From positions 55,150,196-55,214,195 of the forward strand of contig NC_057718.1 in the NCBI RefSeq assembly GCF_004010195.1: a DNA stretch of 64,000 nt, written 5' to 3'. How positions within the stretch are numbered: position 1 is the first letter of the stretch; every line of letters starts with the position of its first letter. Shown here one piece after another: positions 1 to 13,895 of the stretch. The notes beneath the pieces are model-generated. The model did not search any database and was not told the origin of the DNA. It saw nothing but the letters and a program-made list of their open reading frames with translations. This DNA is from Chiloscyllium plagiosum (taxonomy: Eukaryota). The position numbers and the translations under genes were made by a program.

Positions 1-320
1 ACTTCATTCCAGGCACACTCCTCCCTCTCCAATCCGCCCCCTTAACCTGACCCTACCCGTCCATCTTCCTCCCTACCTATCTGCTCCACCCTTCCCACTG
101 ACCAATCACAGCCAACTCCTACCTGCATCCACCTATCACCATCCCACCACTTCCCTCTATTTATTTTGCAGCCTCCATCCCTCTCCCAATCCTGATGAAA
201 AGTTCTGACCTGAAACATGGACTCCCCTTCTCCTCTGAATCTGCTTGGCTTGCTGTGCTTTATCCAGCTCAATTCTTTATCCACTCTGACTCTTCAGCAC
301 CAGCAGTTCTCACTCTCTCC
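1..320 (+). mobile_element. Penelope-like element 3' end/pLTR with degenerate hammerhead core
   Basis: C-rich 3' region, CTGATGA (192-198)...GAAAC (212-216), then the family tail ending ...cagttctcactctctcc; homologous to the end of the PLE at 43540-43870. Confidence 0.8.
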
Positions 321-1030
321 TTGTTAAAGGATTTGACAAGGTAAATGCTGACAGGATATTTTCCCTAATGGGGGAGCATAGAACCAGAGGGATTAGCCTC
401 ATAATAAAGGGGCTCCAATTTAAGAATAAGAAAATAAGGAATTTGTTTTCTCTGGCTGTTGTGACTTTTTGGAATTCCACACCACAGAGAGCTGTGGGGC
501 AGATTGCTTGCGTATATTTAGAACATAGAACATAGAAAAATACAGCATAGTACAGGCCCTTTGGCCCTTGATGTGGCGCCGATCCAAGTCCACCTAACCT
601 ACACTAGCCCACTATCCTCCATATGCCTATCCAAGGCCCATTTAAATGCCCATAAAGAGGGAGAGTCCACCACTGCTACTGGCAGGGCATTCCATGAACT
701 CACGACTCGCTGAGTAAAGAATCTACCTCTAACATCTGTCCTATACCTACCACCCCTTAATTTAAAGCTATGCCCCCTCGTAATAGCTGACTCCATACAT
801 GGAAAAAGGTTCTCATGGTCAACCCTATCTAAACCCCTAATCATCTTGTACACCTCTATCAAGTCACCCCTAAGGATGAGGCTGAGATTGATGTATTCTT
901 GATCAGTATGGGAATTAAGGTTCACAGGGAAAATCAGGAAAGTGGATATGAGGAATGCCAGATCAGTCATGATCCTATTGAATGGTGGAGCAGGTCTAAG
1001 GGGCTGAATGACCTACTCCTATTTCTTATA
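321..1030 (+). mobile_element. Old CR1-clade LINE 3' fragment, interrupted at ~519-872
   Basis: Degenerate ORF2 C-terminus (KGFDKVNADRIF...) resuming after the insertion and ending in a CR1 tail (gggctgaatgacctactcct). Confidence 0.75.
519..872 (-). mobile_element. Younger CR1-clade LINE 3' end
   Basis: ORF 599..970 contains LRGDLIEVYKMIRGLDRVD...FFTQRVVSSWNALP, a CR1 ORF2 C-terminus; (tagaaca)n tail. Confidence 0.9.
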
Positions 1031-2464
1031 TGGGCTTATATAGATTAATTATCAACAGAGGTTTGATGTGCCAAAGAGAAAACTACAGGGTTCCTGAAAA
1101 TCTTTAATTGTAACATAAACTTGAAATCTACAACAAATGTGGTGGAAAATTACTTTTAAAAAATCTTGGTAGTGCTCTTTCTGTACTTCTAACTATTTTA
1201 CAGACAAGGAAATCTTTATTAGATTACATTTTAATGAAGTTATGTTATGTAGTACAGGGGCATAGGAATGCTGTGGCAAGAAGGTTATCATAGCATAACA
1301 TATCAATTTAGTAATCTGTTGGACTTGGTTGGCCTCCCAAATAAAAACAATAGATTACCTTGTGGGAGAAAATGTGTATTTATTATATTGATATCACAAT
1401 ACATATCACATTCTTCAGGTTGAAGGACAAATTCTCTAGGGTTGCTATGTGATTACAGATACTGGAGAAGACAATTACTGAGGAAAGTATGAGGTATACA
1501 CTTTATTTACAACCGGAGTTATTTAAGAATACATGGGAATATTTCTAAACCTCTTCATAAAATACAATGGTTCACCACAAAATTGAAGAAGAATACATTC
1601 ATGTGAGATCCACCAGACAACTGGCATTTTTTTTACAAAGTAAGATTATTTGCTATATTATGTAATGCCAATGCTTTTTGTTGATTTTCCTTTGTTATTA
1701 GAGATGACAATTTTGTTTGTATGTAGAGTTGTGCACTCTAATATGGCGATGTAACTACAGAGCTGTGAGATGCAGGTGTGAGGTTTGCAGGAGTTGTGAG
1801 ATTGGAAATTGGAACATATATATGAACCATGTTTGATAAAGGCTGGGTGAATTAAGGGAGTGTGATGAATTGAGCAGTTTTAGGGGCTATTGGGCCACTT
1901 GTAGGAAAAGATGACCTGACTTTGACCATTCATTTGAGGTCATTCTAGCAATGCTAGGTTATTGGATTGGAGATTCACTTGGCATTTCAAGCAGCGAAGG
2001 AAGCATGACATTGCAGTTATAATAATCAGAAAAATTATATGGCTGCTAAACATTCTTACCTGGGTGTTGACTTGCATTATAAGCTATTTCCTACCATTGA
2101 TGATCTCCTAATTTGTTGACTGCTTTTAAAATTTGGGTGTTTTTGTATGTCTCGACATTTCTGAGAAACACTATTTCATTCAATTATGAGCATTAAATTA
2201 TAAAATGTCAATGGAACTGAAGGCCCAAGTTTCAACATATCTTTTAGGACTTTATATTATATCAGAACATATTTGTATATACTTGGGTTATGTTATGAGT
2301 TCTTATGGGAACTAAATAAGCATTTCTTGCTTGACTGACTTTATATAGAATTGACTCACAAAATTGGGGATCTAACTGTTTTCAATTACAGCTGCAAAAC
2401 CATATGTTTTCTCTATTTTTGAAGATAGACTGCACCTTTTAAAACCAAATTTCCTGGGACTCAG

Positions 2465-3521
2465 TGTAAGTGCTATTTACATTGCTCCTTGTTCAAGAAT
2501 GGGGAGGTTACTACAGATGAGCCAGGTAAAGGGACATCTAGTCAGCAACAAATAGCTGGTTGTTCTGTAGAATGATGAATGGTTGTTGCTGACAAGTCTT
2601 TCAGCCTGCCAACAAATATGTGATTGGCTCCCAGGAAGCTGAATAGCCTTTGAGTGTGGATGTTGACCAGAAGCTATCAAACCTCCAAAAAGGAAGTTGT
2701 CCTTTTCTCTGCAGTAAACTTAAGTCCAAAAGAAGCCAGTTTATTTTCCCTCATTGGTTGCTGTAAGCTTTTGTGTGTAACCAATAAATTATAGACTTTA
2801 TAAGTGTGGACCAGTTGATGTGCGTCTGATGCAATCAAAAATACCTGTAGAAGGAAGATTGAGCCAAAAGGACTGCCTCAGCTATCATTGAACTACCTTC
2901 CAAGCCTTTCCCTCCCCCATCATGCTCACGATTTGTTTTTGTTTTTGTTTGTATGTATGTGTAGAGGTGTTTGTAAGAGGATTAGAGTTTTAACTCATAG
3001 AACTTAGGGGTAGCACCAAGCACCTGGGTTTGATTCCATCCTTGGATGACTGTCTGTGTGGAGTTTGCACATTCTCTCCATGTCTGCGTGGGTTTCCTCC
3101 GGGTACTCTGTTTCCTCCCACAGTCCAAAGATGTGCAGGTTAGGTGGATTCCTTGTGCTAAATTGCCCATAGTCTGCAAGGATGTGCAAGCTAGGTGGGT
3201 TAGCCTGGTTTGTAGGGATAGGGTAGGGAGGTGGGTCTGGATAGGTGTGGACTCAACGGGCATAATGGCCTTCTGAAGGGATTCTATTTTATTCTATTCT
3301 AATTATATGTCAATGGTTAATAACTGTAGCTAGAATCTATTTGTTTGTAATAAATAATAATTGTTAAGTACAGAATCCTGACCCATACTTTTTGTCAAAC
3401 TAGATCTAAAAGAGAAGTGAATTGAGGAACATTGTGTGATTTTATAAAATCTTAAGCTTTACAATGACTCTGGGAATAGTGGGTCTTGACTTCTAGTGCT
3501 CTATCCCATTGAGGTTTAACA
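2465..3521. mobile_element. Possible solo LTR interrupted by an HE1 SINE
   Basis: TGTAA...TAACA ends and internal AATAAA; no TSD found. Confidence 0.3.
3012..3300 (+). mobile_element. HE1-like V-SINE, 5'-truncated
   Basis: B-box (ggtttgattcc), V-domain tgtgtggagtttgcacattctc...cccacagtccaaagatgtgcaggttagg, (attct)n tail. Confidence 0.9.
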
Positions 3522-3771
3522 CGGCCAAGCCTTTTTAAAATGGATTTACTTGTAAATATTTGAATTTATTTGAATGTTCTTTGTTTAGTTTAGTTATCCT
3601 CCCATAATGTTCCCATGTACTTTCATTTTCTTCTCATGTGCTCCATAATGTATCTATTGCTTGCTTTAACTTCAAAATACTGTTCAGCCCTTCAGGGTGG
3701 CAAGTCTAAACTTTATCACTGTCCTTTCCAGTATTCCTTTCCGCAAAGGTCTTAACTATTTATTTAATATT

Positions 3772-4030
3772 TGCTCATGAGATTGGGTTTCACTCCCTAG
3801 GCTAGCATTTCTTGCCCATCCACAATGAGCCTGAGGAAGGTTATGGTGAGCTGCATCTTTGAACCACTATTGTCCAGCACAGGTAGGTTGGACTGGACTT
3901 TCAGGATGTTGACTCAGTGACAGAAAAGATATGTTGACATAGTTCCAAGTCAGGATGGTGTGTGGCTTGAAGGGAAACATGCAGGCAGTGGTTTTCTCAT
4001 GCACCTTGTGCCCTTGTCCTTCTAACTCAG
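3772..4030 (-). mobile_element. CR1/L2-group LINE 3' end (same family as 6570-8390)
   Basis: Homologous to 6570-6840 and to the reverse complement of 21070-21460. Confidence 0.75.
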
Positions 4031-4173
4031 GGTTATTCAGCCTTTTACCAATAAGCTGATAACTTAAATAAATTAATTTTAAAAATGATAATTCAAAGTG
4101 CCAAGCAATAAAGATAACCAATATAAAACCCTTTTGAAATCCTTTTTTGTTTAAGAAGCACAGCTAGAACCTG

Positions 4174-4312
4174 TCATTCCAAAGTAATGAAGGGTTAAGC
4201 CCAAAATGTTAACTCTCTTGTTCCTCAGATGCTGTGTGACCAGCTGTGCTTTTTCGAGTGCCACACTTTATCAACTCTGACATCTCTAGTATCTGCAGTC
4301 CTCAATATCTCC
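4174..4312 (+). mobile_element. Short PLE terminal fragment
   Basis: atgaagggttaagcccaaaatgtt (decayed hammerhead) followed by the family tail to ...ctgcagtcctcaatatctcc. Confidence 0.75.
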
Positions 4313-4319
4313 CTCATGA

Positions 4320-6550
4320 CCAAGACAAACAGCTTTGAAGACTCTTAAAATCTGTCAACTGTGATCTACAAATCTCTTGTTTTAGCACACAAATTGGACT
4401 TCCTGTAAGAGTTTCACAGACGTTTTGATTTTTGGACTGAGCCTTGTAGATCAAAGAGTGAGCTGTCAAAATGATATCAGAAATGCTTCCTTCATCCTCA
4501 TGATCGTTGACTGTGATGCTACAACACTGCTCTGATTCACTCTATTCAAGATCTCAAAGAAAGCTGATAATTTAGCATTTCAATTGACCTAGCACAGCAA
4601 TCCATCATGGAACAGCTGTATGATGTTTTGGATAACTAGGCCATTCCAGATATGTAGTCAGCCACCTTATTGACACTGACATTGCAAGGTAAAAGACCAT
4701 GTTCTGCTTGAGGATTTGTCCTGGATTTGTCGCATTGTGAAAATCATATCCACAGTGCTGTAATCTGGATAAAGGTAACACTGAGCTTCAGTTAGATTTG
4801 TTTTTACCACAATGAGTCTGTTCAGGGTGATGCAAGCCTCTATCCTTTCTTCTCTATACAGAAGTGAGATAACTCTGTAGTTGCCAAATATTGTTTTACT
4901 GTTTTTGTATTTGAATAGACGAACTAGCAATTTATCACAAAAGTTATTTGGCAATTTTTCTTCATTTTAAATGCATGAGGATATCATAGAAGACCTCTCT
5001 TGTCTCAGGGCTTATCATTTCAAATGTTTTGCTGGTATTCCATGTTGCCTGAGTTCATCTGCTTAGTGGTTTTCTTGGTCTCTTCAACAGAGATAGGCAA
5101 GACAAGTTCATCAATAACAGGTTGCTGATGAATCTGGTTGAGGTTGCTTGGTTAATGATAGTCAGTCGGTTCTACTTTTATTTCTGCATCATTTTTAATC
5201 AAAGATGGCCCTTTGACTATGATCAGTTGTGTGCAGTTTGTCCTATAGGGTCCATACATAGATTCAGGGAAACCGAATCTATGAGCTGTGTGAGCCTAAA
5301 TAGTGTTGTATTTCTTCTACTATCCTTTCCCACCATCTTTTGTGCACCAGCTAACTCTGACTATTGCTCTTCATGCCAGAACTTGCCTGTTTTAGGGGTT
5401 GGACATTGGATTATTCTGCTACTATATCTATACTTTATTTTTGGCCTGAAGAGTTTGTGCGATATTTTCGTTATTTTCCTCAAAGCAATCCTGATCCATT
5501 TATTTCTCCAGGAACAGTGTTTGCTGTTTTAGAGACAATATCTTTAAATTTTCTCCACATCTCAAAGCAGTTTCTATTTGAGGCCAGCTATGAGCTTCTG
5601 ATCTGTGTCTTGAAACTGATTACAGTGTGGCTTTGTGCGTGGGAAATCATGTCTCACAAACCTGATTGAGTTTTTTGAAGAAGTAACAAAGAAGATTGAT
5701 CTCCGAGATACCCCTTATGGATGTTGAAGATCTCCACAATCTTGAGCTTATTATGATTAGATCTGTATTTAATTAATTGATCCTGATCCATAAGAATTGT
5801 TCTTTCTGGTCCACAGGTTAGTTGAGATTTTTTTACATTGAAAATGATGGTTGTGTGCTGTGTTTGTTTCACTGGAACATACAGTTTCATAAGGCATTCG
5901 TTGATGTTGGAATGGAGTGTAGTCATGGCTTTCATTAGAGTTCATTTCATCATGAATCTGACACCGTGCATTCTGTCTTCACTCTCCATTTGTCCCTTCC
6001 AGAAATATGTGTAACCACCTCCATCTTCCTTTATTGAACCCTCTTTAGCAAGCCTTGACTCACCCAACGTTGCAACTTTAATGCAATCACATGCTAGTTC
6101 TTTGGGTATAAAAGCTGTTCTCCTTCTCAGAGCTTGTGTTGTTTCTGTCCAGTAGAATATGGACATTCCAATTTCCAATGATACGATTGTTTTTGTTTCT
6201 TTGATTTTACTGTTATTCAACCACTTCGCAGATATTCCATCAGCTGCAGTATGGTTGCCAGACATTTATAGGGGAGGCAATAATTGGGGGACCTTTTCTC
6301 ACAAAGGTAGACAGTGCTGTCTTGCAGAAGGCTGCCCAATCACTCTGATTGCTGCCAAGCTCCTCTGCCCTTGGTACAGAGTTGAGCAGCCACTGGTCTG
6401 AGGGCCACCTATGTGCAGGTTTGTGACAATGACTGCTTGTGATCACCTCTCTCAGTCACTTCACCATACTCCCAATACTGCAGGACCTTTGGAGAAAGAA
6501 ACAAAGATGAATTTGTACAATAGCTTGCTTGGCTGCAGTGGATGACCATG
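4320..6550 (-). mobile_element. RTE-clade LINE relic (5' UTR, AP endonuclease, start of RT)
   Basis: RRTAFIPKELA...LGESRLAKEGSIKEDGGGYTYFWKG...HGVRF (RTE endonuclease); GNYRVISLL...STVDMIFTMRQIQDK (RTE RT); many stops and frameshifts. Confidence 0.88.
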
Positions 6551-6569
6551 GTGTTTTAAAAAAAATTCA

Positions 6570-8390
6570 TTCATGGGACAAGGGCACTGCTGGCCAGCCA
6601 GCATTTGTTTCCCATCCCTAATTGCTCTTGAGAAGGTAGGGGTGAGCTACTTTCTTGAACTGCTGCAGTCAGGTACTGTAAGTAGACCCACAATGCCTTA
6701 AGGGAGAGAATTCTAGGATTTTGATCCAGCAACAGTGAAGGAATTGTGATATATTTCCAAGTCAGAATGGTAAGTGGTTTGAAGAGGAACTTGCAGGTGG
6801 TGGTGTTCCCATGCATCTGCTGACCTTGCCCTTGTAGATGGAAATGATTGTGTGTTTGGAAGATGCTGCCTAAAGATCATTGGCGAATTTCTGCAGTATA
6901 TCTAGTCGATAGTACACACTGCTGCTGCTGAGTGTCTGTGGTGGAGGGAGTGATGCGGTGCCAATCAAGGGGCCTACTTTGACCTGGATGGTGTCCAGCA
7001 TCTTGAGTGTTGTTGGAGCCGCATCCATCCAAAAAAGTAGGGAGTTATTCCATCACACTCCTGACTTGTGTCTTGTGGATGGTAGACAAGCTTTGGGGAG
7101 TCAGGAATGTTACAGTATTCCTAGCCTCTGATCTGCTGTTGCAGCTACTGAATTTATAAGGCAAGTTTAGTTGAGTTTCTGATCAATGGTAACCTCCAGA
7201 ATGTTGATAGCAGGGAATTCAATGATGATAACACTGCTGAATGTCAAGGGCCAGTGGTTAAATGGCATCTTATTAGAGATGAGAGGCTCAACATTAGCCT
7301 GGATATTATCTAGATCTTGCTACATTTGAACATGGACTGCTTCAGTATCTGAGGAGTCACAAATGGTGCTTTCATTGGCAAACATTGCCAATTCTGACCT
7401 TATGATAGAGGGGAGGTGATTGATGAAGCAGCTGAAGATGGTTGAGCCATTCCTGCAGAGATGTCCTGACATTGAGATGACTGGCCTCCTACATCCACAA
7501 CCATCTTCCTTATGCCAGGTATGACTCCAACCGATGGAGTGCTCGCCCTGATTCCCGATTCCAGTTTTGCTCCTTGATGTCATACTTTGTTGAATTTGGC
7601 CTTAATTGGCCTCAGTTGTATGTGCTTATCTATGCAATGAGGTCAGGAGCCGAATGGCCCTGGTAGAACCCAAATGGGGCATCAGTGAACAGGTTATTGC
7701 TGAGCAGGTGCTGCTTTACAGCGCTGTTGATGATGCCATCTAACACTTTACCGAAGATTGACGGTAAACTGATGGGGTGGTTGGATTTGTCCTGATTATT
7801 GTGTATAGGACATACCTAGGCAATTTTCCACATTGTCAGGTAAATGTCTGTGTGGTAACTGTACAGGAACAGCTTGGCTCATGTTGTGGCAAGTCTGAAG
7901 CACAAACCTTCAATACTATTGTTGGAATGTGATCAGGACTTACAGCCTTTGCAATATCCAGTGACTCCATCTGTTTTTCGACATGAATTGGAGTGAATCG
8001 AACTGGCTGAAGACTGGCATCTGTGATACAGCAACTGCTGGAGGACACTGTGATGAAACATCAACTTGGCACTTTAGGCTTAAGATTGCTGCAAATACTT
8101 CATGCTTATCTTTTGCACTGACCTGTTAGGCTCTTCCATTATTGAGCTTTGAGATGTTTGAGGAGCCTCTTCCTCCAGTGAATTGTTTCATTATCCACCA
8201 CCATTCATGACTGGATATCCAGAGTGAAGATCTGATCCTTTGGTTGTGAATTTGCTGCTTATGCTGTTTGGCATATAAGTAGTTTGGTGGGCTTCACCAA
8301 ACTGACATCTCAGTTTTTAGATATGCCTACTGTTGCTATTGGCAGGCCCTCCAGCACTCTCCATTGAACCAGGGCTGATCCTCTTGTTTG
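6570..8390 (-). mobile_element. CR1/L2-group LINE, decayed RT and 3' end
   Basis: LDIAKAVSPDHIPTIVLKVCA RT-entry motif; 3' tail ...agcaattagggatgggaaacaaatgctggc...catgaatgaa, also seen on Deu-SINEs in this window. Confidence 0.85.
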
Positions 8391-8734
8391 TTGCCATATG
8401 CAAACAACTTCTGGGGGCAACAGGTGACACCTAGGTGTTAGGTGTAGTCCAAAGTGAGCAAACTACACAAAGCCCAAGAAGTCTCCCATCCTGACTACTT
8501 CAGGCAGTATTCAAAGACACAATATAGCATAAAATTACATAACTTAAAGTTTGTACAATTTAGATGTTTTCAGATCAAACAAAACTTGGAAATATTGTAA
8601 TTATTAAGCAGCATAATAATTGCCTTCATAAACACAGTGACTGAATAAATGGATAGATACATTTTAATGTGGTTAAATGTTTAGCCAAGGCAGAGCAAGC
8701 TGAACAAGAAAAGGGGCATCTATTTTTAAAATAT

Positions 8735-9072
8735 TTGATTGAATGTGAACATTGCAGGCAAGGCTTAATTGCCCTTGAACTGAATGGTTTGCTGGCCATT
8801 TGAGAGAGCAAACATGTTGCTGTGGTTCTGGAGTTGAATGCAGCCAGACCAGAATTCCTTTCCAAAAACATATTAATGAATCAGGTGAATCCTTACGACA
8901 ATTGATGATACTTTCATGGTAGCCATTATTGAGACTTACTTTCAATTCTGGATTTTATTAACTGAAATTAAATACTATCCACTGACATGGTGAGATTTAA
9001 AGCTGTGTCCCCCAAGCATTAACTTAGGTCTCTAGATTACTATTCCAGTAACATTATCATAATGTTACCATC
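8735..9072 (-). mobile_element. SacSINE1-like Deu-domain SINE
   Basis: Reverse complement matches the SINE at 45860-46320 (tRNA-like head, central domain, ggcaatta tail). Confidence 0.7.
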
Positions 9073-9979
9073 TTCCCCCACCCATCCCCGCAACCAGCTT
9101 AGTTTAGGAGATGAAGCTGGTCAAATGAAGGCTTATCGGTGAGAGAGTATTTTTGTGACAGTGACTATGATTCAGGAAAAGAATAAAGATAGTTCAGTAC
9201 CTTTTTTTTGAAGTTGGAAGGAGATCAATTTTACTAAGGTGGGGTCTGGTTTGGCAAAAGTTGGTCTGGAAATAACAACTTTAAGAAAATTCAGCGTCAG
9301 AGCAATTTAAGAAGGATCCAGAGAAGGTTTAGGACAAAGGTGTTTCTAAAAATAAAAGACAGGGACTCTGAAAAGTAAACCCCGCAGAAAGAGCATTCTC
9401 TGTAAATAAAACCAGAAAGGGAAGCTTATATCGGGTTCTGAAAGCTCAAGCATAAATAGTGCAGGGTGAAATTAAAAAGTAAATTAGGAGAACAGAAAAG
9501 AGCCATGTAAAATAGCTGGCAAGAAAAGTCAAGGAAAATCCAAAAATGTATTATAAAATATAAATGGGATAATGAAAGAGAAAGCAAGGCCGATTAGAGA
9601 TTAAAAAGATGACGTAATCAGAAATGAAAGATACTGGCATGGTTCTTCATGAATGTTACAATGTCTTCAAGAAGGGAGGGTCAATGCAGACATTGTCTTT
9701 AAGGAAAGGAGTGTGAAATATTATACAGGACAAACATAGAGATATAGGAAATGTTAAGAGACTTAGCATGTTTGAAAATTGATAAATCCTTTAACTTAGG
9801 CTGCTGAGAGAAGCAGTGGTGGACATAATGGAGGCTCAGCCATCATTTTCCAAATCTCTCTGACCAAACATGATGCCAGAAGACTAAAAGACTGCTGATG
9901 TCTCATTGTTTGAAAAGAGAGGAGGGCATAGACAGAGAAAGTAAAGGCCAGTTTGACCTCAGAAGTGAGCAAAATTCTA

Positions 9980-11126
9980 ATTCGACAAGGTTCTCCATGG
10001 GAGACTGGTTAGCAAGGTTAGATCTCATGGAATACAGGGAGAACTAGCTACTTGGATATAGAACTGACTCAAAGGTAGAAGACAGAGGGTGGTGGTGGAG
10101 GGTTGTTCTTCAGACTGGAGGCCTGTGACCAGTGGAGTGCCAGGATTGGTGGTGAGCCCACTACTTTTCATCATTTAAATAAATGATTTGGATGTGAGCA
10201 TAAGAGGTATAGTTAGTAAGTTTGCAGATGACACCAAAATTGGAGGTGTAATGGACCGCGAAGAAGGTTATCTCACATTACAATAGGATCTTGATCAGAT
10301 GGGCCAATGGACTGAGAAGTGGCAGATATAGTTTAATTTAGATAAATGTGAGGTGCAGCATTTTGGGAAAGCAAATCTTAGCAGGCCTTATACACTTAAT
10401 GGTAAGTCCTCGGTAGTGTTCCTGAACAATGAGACCTTGGAGTGCAGGTTCATAGCTTCTTGAAAGTGGAGTCACAGGTAGATAGGATAGTGAAGAAGCT
10501 GTTTGGTATGCTTTCCTTTATTGGTCAGACTATTGAGTACAGGTGTTGGGAGGTCATGTTAGGCTGTACAGGACATTGGTGAGGCCACTGTTGGAATATT
10601 GCATGCAATTCTGGTCTCCTTCCTATCGGAAAGATGTTGTGAAACTTGAAAGGGTTCAGAAAAAATTTACAAGGATGTTGCCAGGGTTGAAGGAGCTATA
10701 GGCAGAGGTAGAATAGGGCTGTTTTCTCTGGAGCATCGGAGGCTGATCGGTGACCTTATAGAGGTTTACAAAATCATGAAGGGCATGGATAGGATAAATA
10801 GACAGTCTTTTCCCTGGAGTCGGGGAGTCCAGAAGTAGAGGGCATAGGTTTAGGGTGAGTGGGGAAAGATATAAAAGACACCTAAGGGGCAACCTTTTCA
10901 TGCAGAGGGCGGTATGTGTACATAATGAGCTGCCAGAGTAAGTGGTGGAGGCTCGTACAATTGCAACATTTAAAAGGCATCTGGATGGGTATGTGAATAG
11001 GAAGGGTTTGGAGGGATATGGGCCGGGTGCTGGCAGGTGGGACTAGATTGGGTTGGAATATCTGGTCAGCATGGATGAGTTGGACTGAAGGGTCTGTTTC
11101 CATGCTGTACATCTCTATAACTCTAT
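9980..11126 (+). mobile_element. HER1-like CR1 LINE, 5'-truncated
   Basis: FDKVLHGRL...KFADDTKIGG RT motifs; 3' tail gaagggtctgtttccatgctgtacatctctat. Confidence 0.92.
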
Positions 11127-11774
11127 AAGCTTTCATTGAGGAAATCAAAAGTAATCAGGGAGACTCAGCATGAAAGTTTAAGGAAAAGTTAGCTAGTTTT
11201 TTTTGAGCAGATAACAAGGTGGGTCAATGAGGATATCATTTTCAATGTACTCTGCAGAGAACCAGCATAGTCTCGAAAGGCCGAGTGGCGTCCTTCTGTA
11301 CTGTCATGTTTCTATAATTATTCTATGACATCTACATTGATTTTAACCAAAGTTTTAATATGGTACCAAATGGCAGACAGGCCAAAAAGGTAAGAGTCAC
11401 AGGAAGCAAGAGCAACCGGTAAGTTTGATTTAAGATTGATTTAGTAGCAGGAAGCAAACTAGAATGGCCAGTGGCCTGCAATATGTTTCCAGTAGAGTTC
11501 TCTGGGCACTCATTATTAGGTCCCTTCATTTTCATAGTAGATATCAATGATTTAGACTGAAGTATAGGGGCCACGATTAAAAGGTTTGTACAGGATTAAA
11601 GATAAATGGACACATGATTGACAATAAGAAGTTGTAGACTGTAGAAAGATATTAGTTGACTGCTCAGGTGATCAGGAAAGTGACAAATGGAATTTAATTC
11701 AGAGAAGTGTCAGTAGGCCAAACAAAGGAATGCACAATAAACTTTCATCCTTGTTTTCAACCCCTCTGTAGTTT

Positions 11775-13895
11775 TAGAATATAGAATATTACAGTGCAGT
11801 ACAGGCCTTTGGCCCCCGATGTTGTACCACTCTGTGAAACCAATCTGAAGCCCATCTAACCTGCAATATTCCACTCTCATCCGTATGCTTATCCAATGAC
11901 CATTTAAATGCCCGAAATGTTGACGAGTCTACAACTGTTGCAGGCAGTGCATTCCACGCCCCTATTGCTCTCTGATTAAAGAAACTACCTCTGACATCTG
12001 TCCTATATCTATCACCCCTCAATTTGAAGCTATGCCCCCTCTGCTATCCATCATCATCCTCAGAGAAAGGCTCCCACTATCCACCCGATCTAATCCTCTG
12101 ATTATCTTATATGTCTCAATTAAGTCGCCTCTCAACCTTCTTCTCTCTAAAAAAACAGCCTCAAGTCCCTCAACCTTTCCTCGTAAGACCTTCTCTCCGT
12201 ACTAGACTACATCCTAGTAAATGTCCTCTGAACCCTCTCCAAATCTTCCACATCTTTCCTATAATGCGGTGACCAGAACTACACGCAATATTCCAACTGC
12301 AGCTGCACCAGAGTTTTGTACAGCTGTAGCATGACCTCATGGTTCCAAAACTCGATCCCTCTACTAATAAAACCTAACATACCATTTGTCTTCTTAACAA
12401 CCCTATCAGTCTGGGCTGCAACTTTCAGGGATCTATATACATAAACACCGAGATCTTTTTGTTCATCTACACTACCAAGAATCTTACCATTATCCCATTA
12501 CTCTTTATTCCTGTTGCTCCTTCCAGTGAATCACGCTTTTCCACATTAAACATCATTAGCCACCCCTCAGCCCAACTCTGCAGCTTATCTATGTCCCTCT
12601 GTAACCTGCAACATCGTGTCATAGAGATGTATAGCATGGAAACAGGCCTTTCGGTCCAACCCGTCCATGCCGACCAGATATCCCAACCCAATCTCGTCCC
12701 ACCTGCCAACAGCCGGCCCCATATCCCTCCAAACACTTCCTATTCATATACCCATCCAAATGCCTCTTAAATGTTGCAATTCTACTAGCCTCCACCACTT
12801 CATCTGGCAGCTCATTCTATACACGTACCACCCTCTGTGAAAATGTTGCCCTGTAGGTCTCTTTTATATCTTTCCCCTCTCACCCTAAACCTTTGCCCTC
12901 TAGTTCTGGACTCCCCCACCCCAGGGAAAAGAGTTTGCTTATTTACCCTATCCATGCCCCTCATATTTTGTAATTTGTAAAGCTCTATAAGGTCACCCCT
13001 CAGCCTCCGATGCTCCAGGGAAAACAGCCCTACCTGTTCAGCCTCTCCCTATAGCTCAAATCCTCCAACTCTGGCAACATCCTTGTAAATCTTTTCTGAA
13101 CTTTTTCAGGTTTCACAACATCTTTCCAATAGGAAGGAGACATGACCTCTCAACTCCTGTACTCAATACTCTGACCAATAAAGGAAAGCATACCAAACAG
13201 CTTCTTCACTATCCTATCTACCTGTGACTCCACTTTCAAGGAGCTATGAACCTGCACTCCAAGGTCTCTTTGTTCAGCAACAACCCCTAGGACCTTTCCA
13301 TTAAGTATATAAGTCCTGCTAAGATTTGCTTTCCCAAAATGTAGCACCTCGCATTTGTCTGAATTAAAATCCATCTGCCACTTCTCAGCCCATTGGCCCA
13401 TCTGTTCAAGATCCTGTTGTAATCTGAGGTAACCCTCTTCGTCCATATAGATCACATCTACCGCTCTGCCCTCATCAATCCTCTTTTTTACTTCCTCAAT
13501 AAACTCAAGTTTGTGAGACATGATTTCCCACGCACAAAGCCATGTTGACTATCCCTCATCAGTCCTTGCCTTTCCAAATACATGTACATCCTGGCCCTCA
13601 GGATTCCCTCCAACAACTTGCTCACCACCGACATCAGGCATCCTTTAGCACTAATCACAACTGCACTGACCTTAGTGTCATCCGCATATTTACTGACCCA
13701 TCCTTCTACGCCCTCATCCAGGTCGTCTATAAAAATGACAAACAGCAGTGGACCCAAAACAGATCCTTGCGGTACACCACTAGTAATTGAACTCCAGGAT
13801 GAACATTTCCCATTAACCACCACCCTCTGTCTTCTTTCAGCTAGCAATTTCTGATCCAAACTGCTAAATCGTGCTCAATCCCATGCCTCCTTACC
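11775..13895 (-). mobile_element. CR1 LINE (tagaa-tail family), split at 12615/13639
   Basis: [40 protein letters not shown] core; FFNQRAIGAWNALP C-terminus. Confidence 0.92.
12616..13638 (-). mobile_element. HER1-like CR1 LINE nested in the preceding CR1, with internal deletion
   Basis: catc repeated at 12612-12615 and 13639-13642; [16 protein letters not shown] and WAEKWQMDFNSDKCEVLHFG motifs. Confidence 0.9.

Noticed and set aside
1410..1645. Exon-like segment with ttcttcag/ttctctag acceptors and GT donors
   Set aside because: Frames mostly closed; the one open peptide (LLCDYRYWRRQLLRK) is not recognisable
5122..5669. Plus-strand hydrophobic ORFs
   Set aside because: Antisense shadows of the RTE LINE
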